This document shows positions 1 to 35,326 of a stretch of DNA of 64,000 nucleotides, piece after piece. A program made the translations under genes and the position numbers. The stretch is from the human T2T-CHM13v2.0 reference genome, Homo sapiens. The DNA lies in the NCBI RefSeq assembly GCF_009914755.1, contig NC_060946.1; one strand, written 5' to 3'. Under the pieces are notes generated by a model. It was not told where the DNA came from and did not search any database. It saw only the letters and a program-made list of their open reading frames with translations. How positions within the stretch are numbered: the first letter of the stretch is position 1; every line of letters starts with the position of its first letter.

Positions 1-870
1 TTGGTGTGTCATTTCTATACCATCTGGCTACGAGAGGAGCCGACTGAAAGTCACACTGCCGGAGGAGGGGAGAGGTGCTCTTCCGTTTCTGGTGTCTGTA
101 GCCATCTCCAGTGGTAGCTGCAGTGATAATAATGCTGCGGTGCCGACAGTTCTGGAAGGAGCAACAACAGTGATTTCAGCAGCAGCAGTATTGCGGGATC
201 CCCACGATGGAGCAAGGGAAATAATTCTGGAAGCAATGACAATATCAGATGTGGCTATAGCAGCTGAGATGTGAGTTCTCACGGTGGCAGCTTCAAGGAC
301 AGTAGTGATGGTCCAATGGCGCCCAGACCTAGAAATGCACATTTCCTCAGCACCGGCTCCAGATGCTGAGCTTGGACAGCTGACGCCTTGGATCATCTGC
401 CACTGATCTCTGGTCAACATCTTTATCACCCAACACAAAAGAAGCAGAGATTTATCAAGTTACTTAAACAACCTGACCCTTTCATCTTTTGCTACACATA
501 CTCTTGTAATTGATCTCTCCATGAATTGTTTTCTGTTTAAAATATCTAGAATGTTTTCTGCTTCCTGACTTGATTCTAATATTGTATAGGTACTAGAAAT
601 GGTTCTAGAAATAGATCTTTATAGATGAGAATCTGGAAGTGGTTTGCTGACCTGTTTCAGTCTGAATGAATTCCTGACCTTGTTGTCGGGAGGAGACAGA
701 AACCTGATCATCTGTAGTGTACGGTGGTATCATGATTACTTAAATCATCAAATGTGGTTATTGGGAATGATGTGTTTTTTAAAGTGGTACATGAGAGGTA
801 AAATTGCTATTGTAGTTGACTGTTGCAGTTATAATTTTGTCAACATGGTCTGTAAGAGTGCAATGGATTC

Positions 871-1246
<376 letters not shown>

Positions 1247-2607
1247 CTAATCCCTATCAGCTAAAGCCTAGAGAATATATGAGGCATAGATTTACATGGT
1301 GTTTGACTAAGGCATGCAGAATATAATCTTGACATAGGCTAAGTTTATCAACATAGATACATAGAGATTCTGAAGTTAAAGTCTTAGCCCAAGAAGTTAG
1401 AAGTGGTGCTCAAGTTTGTTTGTCTGACAGAAACTGTGAATCCACACTGGCCTGCTTATTTTGAGGTTGTGTTGCCAGAGCTTTCCTAGCATAATAAAGA
1501 GAGGTGCATACAAAGGAATAGGAATAGTAGGAGGTGGGGGTAAAAATATCAGGTGTGATCCACATGCCAAGCCGACCCGCACTGTGTCCCACAGGAAGCC
1601 CCAGAAGGTGTTTCTCTAAGAAATTAAGGATTCATTTGTTGGGGAGGGCTGCTGGCATGCTTGAAAAGTACTGTGACGGCTGAATTTTGTGGGCTTGGGG
1701 AGATTGCAGGTTCTCTGATTTCAAGGGGAATGATGTGATCCTAGAGTTGCAAAGAACAAGTGACAGTGGAGGCGCTTATGCTTTGTGACTGCACTAGAGA
1801 CAAGGAAGACACAACTAGAATAATGGGGAGCAGGAATGGAGCGGCCAACAGAATATCTGACTGTTAGGGATCTTTGATGAAGGCTGATTCTCAGGGAGTG
1901 AACTACATCAGTGACCAACTATTTGTCTTTATATAACTGGGTAATGTGGATGGATTCTAATAAAGGGACTACTTACAGCACAGCAGGAAAGTCACAAAGA
2001 AACCAGACAGAAGAGTGTAAGTAGTAAGGGGCCAAGCAGTCATCTGACTAGAGACAGTGCCAGCTTGCCAAGAAGGCACCAGACAGAAGCTGTGATCTTC
2101 AGCAAAGGGACACAGTCTGCCTGTGCTGACCCTGCAGGGGCAGAGGTGGGGGATAAACACACTCTTCTCTCACCTATCTTCTGCCACCCCCTCCATTAGC
2201 TGAACCCCAATAAAAGCATGAGGGTAAGGGAGATCTCTGAAGTATCCAATTCAGGTGAGCCTCCTAAGGAACAAAGCAGAATGCAGAAAAATTAAGAGTG
2301 GGTCTAGGGAATAAAATAGAGATATGCACCAGAGTATGATGATGTGTCTGGGAAAGAATATACAAATACTTTTAAAATTACTAGACAATAAACCTGAGAT
2401 GACACTAATACAGGTAAATCTCATTTAATGGTAATATATTCCAAGAAATGCATCATTAGGTGATTCTGTGGCTGTGCAGACACCAAAGAGTGTACTTTAT
2501 ACAAACCTAGACAGCGTAGCCTACTACATACCTAGGCTATATCGTACAGCCTATTGCTCCTGGGCTACACACCTGTGCAGCATGTCACTGTGCTGAATAC
2601 AGTAGGC

Positions 2608-3243
<636 letters not shown>

Positions 3244-3308
3244 CTGTAGGCAGTTATATCACAGTAGTAATATCTAAACATGGAAAAGATACAGTAAAAA
3301 CATAGTAC

Positions 3309-3584
<276 letters not shown>

Positions 3585-4334
3585 TTACAAAATTTAAAGA
3601 GACTGGTACGCCAGTAAAGGACACTTAGCATGAACAGAGGTTGCAGGACTGGCAGTTGCTCTGATGAGTCAGTGAGTACTTGGTGAGTGAATGCGAAGGC
3701 CTAGGATATTACTGTACATAACTACAGACTTTATATGCACTGTACACTTAGGCTACACTAAATGTATTTAAAATTTTCTTTCTTTAACAAGTTCATCTTA
3801 GCTTATCATAACTTTATAAACTTTTAATTTTTTTAATTTTTTGATTCATTGATAATAACACATCTTAAAACAAAAACACATTGAACAGCTGTACAGAAAT
3901 ACTTTATATCCTTATTTGATAAGCTTCATTTATTTTGATTTTTTATGTTTTAAACATTTTTGTTAAAAACTAAGATACAAACACACACACTAGCTTAGCC
4001 CTGTAAGGGTCAGGATAATCAATATCACTGTCTTCCATCTCGAAATCTTGTCCAAGTGAAAGGTCTTCAGGGTCTTCAGTGGCAATAACATACATGCAGC
4101 TGTCATTTTCTATGATAACAAGGCTTTCTTCTGGAAGAACTCGTGGAAGACCTTCCTGAAGCTGTTTTATAGTTAATTTTTTTTAATGAGTAGCAGTACT
4201 ACACTCTAAAATATGAATAAAATCTATAGTATTATACATACTGTTGATCCTTGAACAGTGCAAGGGTTAGGGGACCAGCTCCTGTGCAGTTGAAAATCCA
4301 TATATAATTCTGGGCTATCCCCAAACTTAACTTA

Positions 4335-6275
4335 GTATATGATATATATCATATATAATACATATGATACATATCATATATATTACATATGATACATATC
4401 ATACACAATATGCATGATACATATCATACACAATATGCATGATACATATCATACACAATATGCATGATACATATCATACACAATATGCATGATACATATC
4501 ATACACAATATGCATGATACATATCATACACAATATGCATGATACATATCATACACAATATGCATGATACATATCATACACAATATGCATGATACATATC
4601 ATACACAATATGCATGATACATATCATACACAATATGTATGATACATATCATACACAATATGTATGATATATATTATATACAATATGTATGATATATATT
4701 ATATACAATATATGATATAGATTATATACTATATGATATAGATTATATACAATATATATGATAGAGATTATATACAATATATATGATACAGATTATATAC
4801 AATATATATGATAGAGATTATATACAATATATATGATAGATTAGATACAATATATATGATATAGATTATATACAATATATGATATAGATTATATACAATA
4901 TATATGATACAGATTATATACAATATATATGATATTGATTATATACAATATATGATATACATGGTATATCATATATATGATATACATGGTATATCGTATA
5001 CGATATAGATGATATATCGCATATACGATATAGATGATATATCGCATATACGATATAGATGATATATCGCATATACGATATAGATGATATATCGCATATA
5101 CGATATAGATGATATATCGCATATACGATATAGATGATATATCGCATATACGATATAGATGATATATCGCATATACGATATAGATGATATATCGCATATA
5201 CGATATAGATGATATATCATACCTGATATAGATGATATATATCATATATGATATATCATATATTATATAATAAATGATATATATTATATATAATAAAAGA
5301 AATATATTACATAATAAATGATATATATTATGTAAAATATATGATATATATTATATATTATATCTGATATATTATATATTATATATTATATTATATATAA
5401 TTAAATTATATTATATTATATATTATATATTTTATATTATATTATATATAATTATATTATATTATATTATATATTATATATAATTATATCATATTATATA
5501 TTATATATTATATTATATATAATTATATCATATTATATATTATATATTATATTATATATAATTATATCATATTATATATTATATATTATATTATATATAA
5601 TTATATCATATTATATATTATATATTATATTATATATAATTATATCATATTATATATTATATTATATATAATTATGTCATATTACATTATATATTATATT
5701 ATATATAATTATATTATATTATATTATATATTATATATAATTTATAATATATATTATGTATTATATATAATTTATGATATATATTATATATTGTATATCA
5801 TATATCATATATATTATGGTATATTATATATAATTATATTATATATAATATACCATAATATATCATATATTATATAATATATAATATAATATAATGTAAT
5901 CGTATATAATATATAATATCTTATATTATAAAATATATTATATTATGATATACTATATATTACATATTACATTATATAATATTTTATATAACACATAATA
6001 TATATTGTATATTATACTTTATTATATTACATATATAATTATACATTATTATATTTCATATATAATTATATAATTATATATAATTATATATTATATTATA
6101 TATACTATTATGTATAATAATATATATTATACATAATATTATATATTATATTTAATATAATATTATATATTATATTAAATATAATATTATATATAAGGAT
6201 GCAGGATGTAAAAGGAAATTATATATATGTTATATATTATATATATTATATTATATATAATTATATATATATATT
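4335..6275. repeat. AT-rich tract with embedded minisatellites (25-bp x~10 at ~4400-4650; 25-bp x~9 at ~5000-5230; 39-bp x~5 at ~5480-5670)
   Basis: Units ATACACAATATGCATGATACATATC and CGATATAGATGATATATCGCATATA; TAATTATATC recurs every 39 nt from 5481. Confidence 0.95.
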
Positions 6276-6839
6276 TGGTGGTGCCCTATTTCCTATCTCA
6301 TAACTTATTTTAAGAAGCACAGCATAATAATGTGTGGACTTGGGATTCAGTTTTTGAAACGAAACACTGAGCCTTCGATGACCTTCCTGTACATGTGAAA
6401 GCACACCTGTCTGCATGGCAGCAGTTGGACCTCACAGTGTGGATTGTGCCTTCACCCTGGAATGTTTATGCCCTATCGCCATGGTGATGGGATTAGGGAT
6501 CTGCTGCCCTTGGTCCTAAGTGCCACTATCTGTGCTGAGTTTTTCAAAGGTCAGAGCAGATTGAACCATTGTGGTTTCATTTTCCCTGATTTTGATTTTT
6601 CTTATGGGGAACCTGTGTGGCTGCATTCAAGGTATGTTCATACTGGCCTGTCAAATGCGATCTTTTCAAATTACTAGTTAATGCTTTCAAAATATGTTAT
6701 TTAAAAAATTAGCCTCTGTATTTTCCATATGCAGTTATAAATATGTTTCATGGTTAGGTTTTATTCCTCAATTTATATATTTGATTATTGTACCAAGCAG
6801 AGTACCTTTGAAATTTTTCTTCATTTAAAACATATGTAT

Positions 6840-8830
<1,991 letters not shown>

Positions 8831-10821
8831 ATTTTTTTGGGTGCCCTATTTCCCATCTCATAACTTATTTTAAGAAGCCAGCATAATAATGTGTGGGCTT
8901 GGGATTCAGTTTTTGAAACAAAACACTGAGCCTTTGATGACCTTCCTGTAGTTGTAAAAGCCCCCACCTGTCTGCATGGCAGCAGTTGGACCTCACAGTG
9001 TGGATTGTGCCTTCACCCTGGAATGTTTATGCCCTATCGCCATGGTGATGGGATTAGGGATCTCCTGCCCTTGGTCCTAAGTGCCACTATCTGTGCTGAG
9101 TTTTTCAAACGTCAGAGCAGATTGAACCATTGTGGTTTCATTTTCCCTGATTTTGATTTTTCTTATGGGGAACCTGTGTGGCTGCATTCAAGGTATGTTC
9201 TTACTGGCCTGTCAAATGCGATCTTTTCAAATTACTAGTTAATGCTTTCAAAATATATTATTTAAAAAATTAGCCTCTGTATTTTCCATATGCAGTTATA
9301 AATATGTTTCATGATTATGTTTTATTCCTCAATTTATATATTTGATTATTGTACCAAGCAGAGTATCTTTGAAATTTTTCTTCATTTAAAAAATATGTAT
9401 CTTGACTCAGGCCTGTAATCCCAGCACTTTGGGAGGCCAAGGCAAGAGGATCACAAGGTGAGGAGATCAAGACCATCCTGGCCAATACAGTGAAACCCTG
9501 TCTCTACTACAAATAGAAAAAATTAGCCAGGCATGGTGGCAGCTGGTGTAGTCCCAGTGTGAATTGGGATTCAGTTTATTCCCAAATTCCCAAATTCTAT
9601 ATATATATATATATATAAATATATTAAATATATTATATATATACTATATATTATATTATATATAATTATATATATATATATTTTTGGGTGCCCTATTTCC
9701 CATCTCATAACTTATTTTAAGAAGCCAGCATAATAATGTGTGGGCTTGGGATTCAGTTTTTGAAACAAAACACTGAGCCTTTGATGACCTTCCTGTAGTT
9801 GTAAAAGCCCACCTGTCTGCATGGCAGCAGTTGGACCTCACAATGTGGATTGTGCCTTCACCCTGGAATGTTTATGCCCTATCACCATGGTGATGGGATT
9901 AGGGATCTCCTGCCCTTGGTCCTACGTGCCACTATCTGTGCTGAGTTTTTCAAAGGTCAGAGCAGATTGAACCATTGTGGTTTCATTTTCCCTGATTTTG
10001 ATTTTTCTTATGGGGAACCTGTGTGGCTGCATTCAAGGTATGTTCATACTGGCCTGTCAAATGCGATCTTTTCAAATTACTAGTTAATGCTTTCAAAATA
10101 TGTTATTTAAAAAATTAGCCTCTGTATTTTCCATATGCAGTTATAAATATGTTTCATGGTTAGGTTTTATTCCTCAATTTATATATTTGATTATTGTACC
10201 AAGCAGAGTATCTTTGAAATTTTTCTTCATTTAAAAAATATGTATCTTGACTCAGGCCTGTAATCCCAGCACTTTGGGAGGCCAAGGCAAGAGGATCACA
10301 AGGTGAGGAGATCAAGACCATCCTGGCCAATACAGTGAAACCCTGTCTCTACTACAAATAGAAAAAATTAGCCAGGCATGGTGGCAGCTGGTGTAGTCCC
10401 AGTGTGAATTGGGATTCAGTTTATTCCCAAATTCCCAAATTTTATATATATATATATATAAAAAATATATTAAATATATTATATATATACTATATATTAT
10501 ATTATATATAATTATATATATATATATTTTGGGTGCCCTATTTCCCATCTCATAACTTATTTTAAGAAGCCAGCATAATAATGTGTGGGCTTGGGATTCA
10601 GTTTTTGAAACAAAACACTGAGCCTTTGATGACCTTCCTGTAGTTGTAAAAGCCCACCTGTCTGCATGGCAGCAGTTGGACCTCACAGTGTGGATTGTGC
10701 CTTCACCCTGGAATGTTTATGCCCTATCACCATGGTGATGGGATTAGGGATCTCCTGCCCTTGGTCCTACGTGCCACTATCTGTGCTGAGTTTTTCAAAG
10801 GTCAGAGCAGATTGAACCATT

Positions 10822-27738
<16,917 letters not shown>

Positions 27739-27750
27739 GACATCGCTAGT

Positions 27751-28023
27751 AACTATCGCAAGAACAAAAAACCAAACACCGCATATTCTCACTCATAGGT
27801 GGGAATTGAACAATGAGATCACATGGACACAGGAAGGGGAATATCACATTCTGGGGACTGTTGTGGGGTGGGGGGAGGGGGGAGGGATAGCATCGGGAGA
27901 TATACCTAATGCTAGATGATGAGTTAGTGGGTGCAGCGCACCAGCGTGGCACATGTATACATATGTAACTAACCTGCACAATGTGCACATGTACCCTAAA
28001 ACTTAAAGTATATATAAAAAAAA
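27751..28023 (+). mobile_element. 5'-truncated young L1 3' end (L1PA2-like) inserted in the VNTR
   Basis: L1 3'UTR (CCGCATATTCTCACTCATAGGTGGGAATTG...GTACCCTAAAACTTAAAGTA + polyA); GAG rather than ACA/ACG diagnostic; 14-bp TSD AAGACATCGCTAGT at 27737-27750 and 28024-28037. Confidence 0.92.
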
Positions 28024-29308
28024 AAGACATCGCTAGTGAGCACGCTGTATACGACATCGCTAATGAGGACACCATACAAGGCATCGCTAACGATGACGCT
28101 GTACACAACATCACTAATGATGACACCGTATAAGACATCGCTAATTATGACGCTGTATACGACATCGCTAATGACACCGTACGAGGCACGCTAACAAGGA
28201 TGCTGTACACAACATCGCTAATGAGGACAGTGTACAAGCCATCGCTAATGAGGACACTGTATATGACATTGCTAACGAGGACACTGTACAAGGCATTGCT
28301 AACGAGGACGCTGTACACAACATCGCTAATGAGGACACCATATAAGACATCACCAATGAGGATGCTCTATATGACATCGCTAATGACACCCACAAGGCAT
28401 GCTAACGAGGACGCTGTAGACGACATTGCTTATAAGGACACCGTACAAGACATCGCTAACGAGGACGCTGTATACGACATCGCTAATGAGGACGTTGTAT
28501 ATGACATCGCTAATGAGGATGCTTTACAAGACATAGCGAATGAGGTTGCTGTATATGACATCGCTAATGAGGACATTGTATATGACATCGCTAATGAGGA
28601 CGCTCTATACGACATCACTAATGAGGACGCTGTATACAACATCGCTAATGAGGACGCTGTATATGGCATCGCTAATGAGGATGCTGTATACGAATTCGCT
28701 AATAAGGACGCTGTATATGACATTGCTAATGAGGACACTGTACAAGACATCTGTAAAAAAGAAGATGCTGCCAATGTAAGACACTTTTCTTTGTCTTGAA
28801 CAGAAATGTTACTTTCCTGGCTTCTTTCCAATCAGATGTAGACATGAACATCTGCCAGTGTGCATTATCGATGTCATCTGCAGTTTAATCAAATGTAGAC
28901 ATGAACATCTGCCAATGTGGACTATTTATGACATCTGCAATTCCCTTGGTGTGGTGCTATTGATTGGCGGCCTCTCACCAACCCATGCCAGGCACACTGG
29001 GGTGTGGTAGATGGCAGCATCCACGATCCACTGCAATGCAGAGGTGTTTCCCTCCACAGCAGTTTTCCCCCATGGATTAAGAGTTGTGAAACTGCCAATC
29101 TAGATACACTTTAAAGATAAATTCTGTGGGAAAAGGTCTTGTCTTTTCCACAGGTGTCTTCCGTGCCAGTTTTGGGGGACTTTGACCTTTGACTCAATCA
29201 CTATACCCCTTCTTATTTTCTCTCTCAAGTTGTCGAGAGACTATCAGATCTGTGTGACGTGTATGGCATCATTTCACCCTCCTAATGTTTTCTTTTCTAT
29301 AATTGCAG

Positions 29309-29381
29309 GAGCCATTGACACTGGAGAATGATACCTACCCTGAAATAACTCACTTCCTGAGGAAAAAACGCCATCTCTAGG
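29309..29381 (+). other. FAM230 exon H (EPLTLENDTYPEITHFLRKKRHL*)
   Basis: ttttctataattgcag|GAGCC...CTAGG|gtacag. Confidence 0.65.
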
Positions 29382-31429
29382 GTACAGAAACCTGATTCTG
29401 GGCTCCTTTTGGGAAGGAGGATTTGGAGTCTGGTGAGAGCAAATGATTTTGCAAGTATAAAACAATGTCCAGAGAGGCTGTAGGGATATCTGTGAGCCCA
29501 GAGGAAACACCAGGGGATCCTGTGCGAAGCACCATGGCTTCAGCTAGGGTGGGAGGAGTGGGTGGGCCTCTCTCTAATGACTTATCCTGGTGTTTGTGTT
29601 TCTAAAGATTTGATTGTGGAGAGCATATCTGATGATGGGGATTTGTAGGTAGGTAACTACTTTCCACGTAAGATCCAATTGGAGAGAGTTCCCAGGGGCC
29701 TTCGGGGTATCCATGCTGCTTGGGAGGTTAAGGGAGGGGGCATGAAATCAAAAGGAAACAGGAAATATGTGTCATATTGGATTTGGTCTTTTCCGGGTTT
29801 ATTGGCATAATAGTTAGAACTGTCTCTCTGGGCTATGAGGGTGCTGTGATATTTAAAGGTGGTCTTTCCCAGAACACCTGGCCTTTTCTTTTCTGCCTCT
29901 GCCAAACATCACAGCCTTTGGGTTGGATTAGTCAGCACCCCTTGGGATTGTGCAGAAGAGGTTTGGGGTTGCATCGAGTGTCACCTGTGGTGAACAGAAT
30001 CTGAGGGACACAACTCTCTCACAGGCACTTCCTTCAACCTGGAGACAGAGTTCTCCTGGTGTGTGCCCAGGGGTGGAGGAGAAATTGACAGTCTGCCTCT
30101 GAACTTTCAGGACTTTAAAAAGCACTCATGTTTCCATCCTCACTGTTGACTCCTGGCTTAAAGGGATCTCCCGGGGTGAGTGAGGAGGCGGGATCGGACC
30201 CTGGCAGTCTGACGGCAGCACCTGTGTTCCTCTGCACTGGGCCGTGGATGACATTACACACCTTGGTGAGAATCAGGAATTGAGGCTAACCACATCTGAA
30301 ATTGAGATGGGCCTTGAGTCATATAAATAGTTTGGAAAAGATGCATTTTACTACGCTATTGAAAGAAACCATTTATTTCTCACTCCAGCAGGATAAATGG
30401 TTTTCAGTATCCACTTAACTGCTCATTGACTCTTACTGTAGATGAGGAGGTGGCCAGCAGCCCCTGCCCTCCCCCAGTTGTAGGCCCAAGGTAACCAGCA
30501 ATTGACTGGATATAATGGAAGAGTGGTGCATTCGGAGGTATCTGTATTAATGGGACCCACATGATATGGATGAGAGCTATTAGGGTGAGAAAAAGCCTGG
30601 GAGCACAATGAAATATTTAAATATTAAACAAAACATTGTTGAAATCTCCATTGTACTTTAGTAGTTGAAGTCATTCTTGTGGTCATCACTGCCTTTCCCA
30701 AGCATAACAAGCTACTTAATATCACATGGACCCGTGCCATGAGGAATGATGATCAGTTTGTCAAATGCCAATAAAACAATTGCCTCTATAAGCCACAATG
30801 TTTCATCCATATATTTCAATTTCCATGTGTAAGTATAGTTCAAATTTCAGAAATTTATTATTATCTAATAGAATATGCATGGTATATCAATGAGCAATTA
30901 TCATACTGTTTCTATTAACAATTATTTGTATGATGAAAAAAGCAGACTCCCATTCTTGGATTTTTCTCAGTTTGCACACATTAGCATGACAGCCCCATTT
31001 CCACCTGACATGTGCCAGCAAGAGGCCAGGAACAGAGGCTTTTCTTATTAACTAAGATTTCTAAATGTATTACGTATTCACATTTAGAAACTCTAAATAT
31101 CATAAAAGGTTAGCAAGGAAGTTTCCCTTCCACTCTGAACTTCCAAACACCAAGTCAACGTTTTTGTTTGCATATCATCCCTGCAATCTATGTGCAAATA
31201 GAAGCATGCACCTGGAATGCAGGCTGATGTGTGATCGTGTTTACACAAAGTCCTCTGCACCTCTGCATATATCACTGGGCAATGCACCTTAGTTATCATT
31301 CCACATTTCAAATGTAAATCCATTGTATTGTTTCAGAGCTATAAAGTACTGCACCCCATGACTATTCCCAAAATTACTTAAGCACCCCGCTATGGGTATC
31401 CGTTTGTTCTGTTTCCAGTCTTGCTCTTA

Positions 31430-31825
31430 TAACCAATGCTGTAGTGAACAGCACTGTGTTGAGAAGCGGTGAACGTGGGCATCTTTGTCTTGTTCCCTTC
31501 CTCAGGGGGAATGCTTTCAACTCTCCCCCATTCAGGAAAATGTTGGCTGTGGGTTTGTCATAGATAGCTTTTATTACCTTAAGGTATGTCCGTTCTATGC
31601 TGATTTTGACGAACGGTTTTAATCATAAAGAAATGCTGGATTTTGTCAAAGGCTTTTTCTGCATCTATTCAGATTATCATGTGATTTTTGTTTTTAGTTT
31701 TATTGATGTGATGTATCACATTTATTGACTTGCGTATGTTAAACCATCCCTGCATCCCTAGTATGAAACCCACTTGAATCATGGTGGATTATCTTTTTGA
31801 TATGCTGTTGGATTCAGTTAGCTTG
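31430..31825 (-). mobile_element. L1 ORF2 fragment, antisense
   Basis: TTGGCTGTGGGTTTGTCATAGATAGC...AACCATCCCTGCATCCCTAGTATGAAACCCACTTG. Confidence 0.8.
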
Positions 31826-33244
31826 GTTGTAGCATTTCTTATTATTCCATCTGTGGAATGTATTGGTTGAAATAATGAAAACATGTTCTATCCTCACTGC
31901 TTAGCACTTTGTGTTTCTTTAATAGCCTTCCCAACAGGGCAACATAAAAGCAGGAGCCCTGCTAGTCTCCCCTTAACCCGGAATCCCCGCTTCTCCACAG
32001 CTCGCTCATTGGACAGGATAGACTGGGCGCCCAGGCTTCAAGGTAAGGACGTGCTCTGTCACCTAGAGGTGCAGTGCTTGGGAAGGCCAACCTTGGAGGG
32101 TTGCCTGCCAGCTTTACAGTGACAGAGGTGTTGAGAGGGACTGACCACCAGTGCATAAGGCTGTGCTTTGTTGGTGACATAAAGGATTGTTTCACAGATT
32201 GTTGGGGAGGGACAATCCCAAGGCCTCCCCTGGCCCTGGTGCTGGCTCTGCACAAAGGCAATAAGAGAGGGATGCTGGTAAGGGCTGACCTGTTGCTGTG
32301 CTGGGGAGGAAGGTGCTGGGCTGAAATTCAGGAGGCTGAGGATGCAGCAGTCCCATAGGAGGTACATGACCTTCAGGATACATTTTCTTCATTGATGATC
32401 AATGGAAATGAGAAATCACTGACTATTTTTTCTATCATTGGAATCTACTCTCCACTGCTCATGCTGTTCCTGTCTTTTGGGGAAGATGGAGGATCAATCA
32501 GTGTGCGCTGCACTGAGTGGAAGGAAGGAGAACTGTGACAAAAATTAAGGAAGGATGAGAGACGGGAGGGCCCTTCATCCAGCTGCTTGCAGAGTCCTCC
32601 TGAGGAGGAAAGCCCCGTGGCTCCCTGGCGAAGGAGCAGTGAGGGCTGCGTGACTCCCACAGTGAAGTGTGTGGTATGTCTGAGGACACCCAGGCTGGTG
32701 GTCCATGAGGAGCCAGTGGCAGAGTGAGAAGAAGAAAGGCCAGGAGGGTGGCTGGAGGCCAGGCTCTGAGTCATTCTCCATGTGATGGAAACAGCCGGAG
32801 CCCAGTGGGCTTGGAGGTACAGGATGCGGTGGCTGATGACAGAACAATGTGGAGAGAGGCGTCATTTGTCAAATCCTTACTTTGTTCTGGGCATTGTACT
32901 AAAAATTCTAATGGCTCATCCCATTTAGGGGCTGAAAGTTGCAGAGGTTTAGGAAGCTCACCCACGATACTGGAGCCCCCATCTCTTGCCCTAGTGCTGT
33001 CCACCTTCTCACCCAGCCACCACCTGTTTCGGGGGAACACACAGAAGTGGTAACCTCTTATGGAGAGGCAAGTAAATTCTGCTGTTTTTGTTATTCACAG
33101 AAAAACACTGGCTCGTGTGGGTTGGGAAGGTGAAATACCAGAAGTATTTCATCTGGTTATTTCTACCCATGCAACTCCTATAGTATTGAAATGCATAGGT
33201 TAGCATTTTTGGCCAATTTACTCAGCATTCTGGGTTAAAGGCTT

Positions 33245-33560
<316 letters not shown>

Positions 33561-35312
33561 CCTAAAGTCTTTTAAAATTCACTTGTATAAGTTGACTTAG
33601 TTTTCTTTAACCTTGTAGAAAAATACAAAAATGGCAATCTCTTTTATCACACAAATAATGTCTTTTTAATGGAGTGATTTTTTTCTAATTGAGGTATTAT
33701 GTACTTTTCATTTACAAATTATTGTTTACATTTGAAGTGTTTTATGAATTAATATTTAATTGCATAGATGAAGATTACTAGTTATAGGCATTTTACTAAC
33801 CAATACTCATTAAGCATAGCATGGATTCATATGACATCAAGGAGCTATTTTATTTGGTAAAACGAAAAAGCACAAGAATGAACGAATGCAAGAACTGAAA
33901 CAGTGGAGACACCTAGAATGACTTGTCTAAGATCTAAATCATTTTGTTGTCTTCCCAGCATACTTATTATCCTGATCATTGTCATCAGCATTGTTTGGGT
34001 CCTTTTAGCACAGATTTCTCAAAATGGGTAACTCCATAACAGTTGGAAGCTTACGAATTCATATAATTTGTAAGAGGTCAATTTGGAAGTACCTATCTAT
34101 TTTAAAATTCCAATAACCTGGGAATTTCATCCCATGTCTAGAGTCTTTTATGTAAAATATTTCCACAATTAGGAGAAATATGTGCATGGGGATTTTCTAT
34201 GTAGCGGTGTTTTGATAGAATAGAAAATTGGGATAAATCAAATTTCCATCACGAAGGAAATAGTAATATGCTGAATAATAATACAGCGAATATTATGCAG
34301 GCTTTAAACATCAAAAAAGAGTTCAACTTCTGACTTCCGATGATGGTGTTGAAGCAGGTCACTGCTGGTTTACATTTGATTTTCATGTGGGAACTCTGGA
34401 AGTCCGCCTTAGTGATTTTACATGTGGCTAAATTGAGCTAATGACAAGCCGTTCGAAGTATGGCAAAATGGAACTTTAAAACAGTATCTTGTCAACAACC
34501 AAGAGGACCTGTTTCACATAAAGCCCATGCATTCATCTGCCTGTCCATCATTCTGTCTGTCCACACGGGCATCATTCGTTAGTGGAACTGAGTGCCCACT
34601 GTCGAGCTGACAAGCCCATAACCTCCCTGTTCCTAGTCACACATTAATTCTTCAACAAGTCCCTTTTGATAGATTGTGATTAAGCTTAGCTACTATTTCC
34701 AATTGCTTCCCCAAACGTACTTCTCACTGTTCTCCCATCACACCCTTCAGCCCATCCATGCGGGGTTCCTTTGCTTTTCCCACCTTACACCAAACTCCCT
34801 ATTTTTACTCCCACTTTTACCTCCTCTCCAAGACAAAACAAACAAAACTAGCATTTTAAAACTTAGTTGTAATCTTTCTTCCTTCATGAAAATTTCTCCA
34901 ACAGCCACTCCCACGGTCCTGTGTGTTCCAGATATTTTAAAATAATGGCTATAAGGCTGAGCACTTCAGGATATGCTGTTTTGCTGTGTGCAGATGGAGG
35001 CAGTGGCTGGAGTGAATGAACGGCAACACTTGCTGGCAACCGGCAGAAGCTGAGAGACAGGGAACAGGCTCTCCTCCAGAGCCTCCAGGAGCCAGGCCTT
35101 TGGACACCTTGAATGTGGGCTTCTGGGAGACCATGCGTTTCTGTTATAAGCAGCCCAGTCTCTGGCAGTTTTTACGGCTGCCCCGGAACACTCATCTATA
35201 CCTGTCTGACAAGGTCAAGCTCCAAGGAAGGGATTCTCTACATATCTACATTGTTTGCAGATTTTACAATAATCATTTATTCTTGCATGGCTGATCATTG
35301 TTAACCAATACA

Positions 35313-35326
35313 AATAAAATAATAAA
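35313..35326 (+). terminator. Tandem AATAAA polyadenylation signals, FAM230 3' end
   Basis: AATAAA at 35313-35318 and 35321-35326. Confidence 0.6.

Noticed and set aside
4889-5877. Ile/Tyr-rich ORFs
   Set aside because: Translations of AT-rich minisatellites
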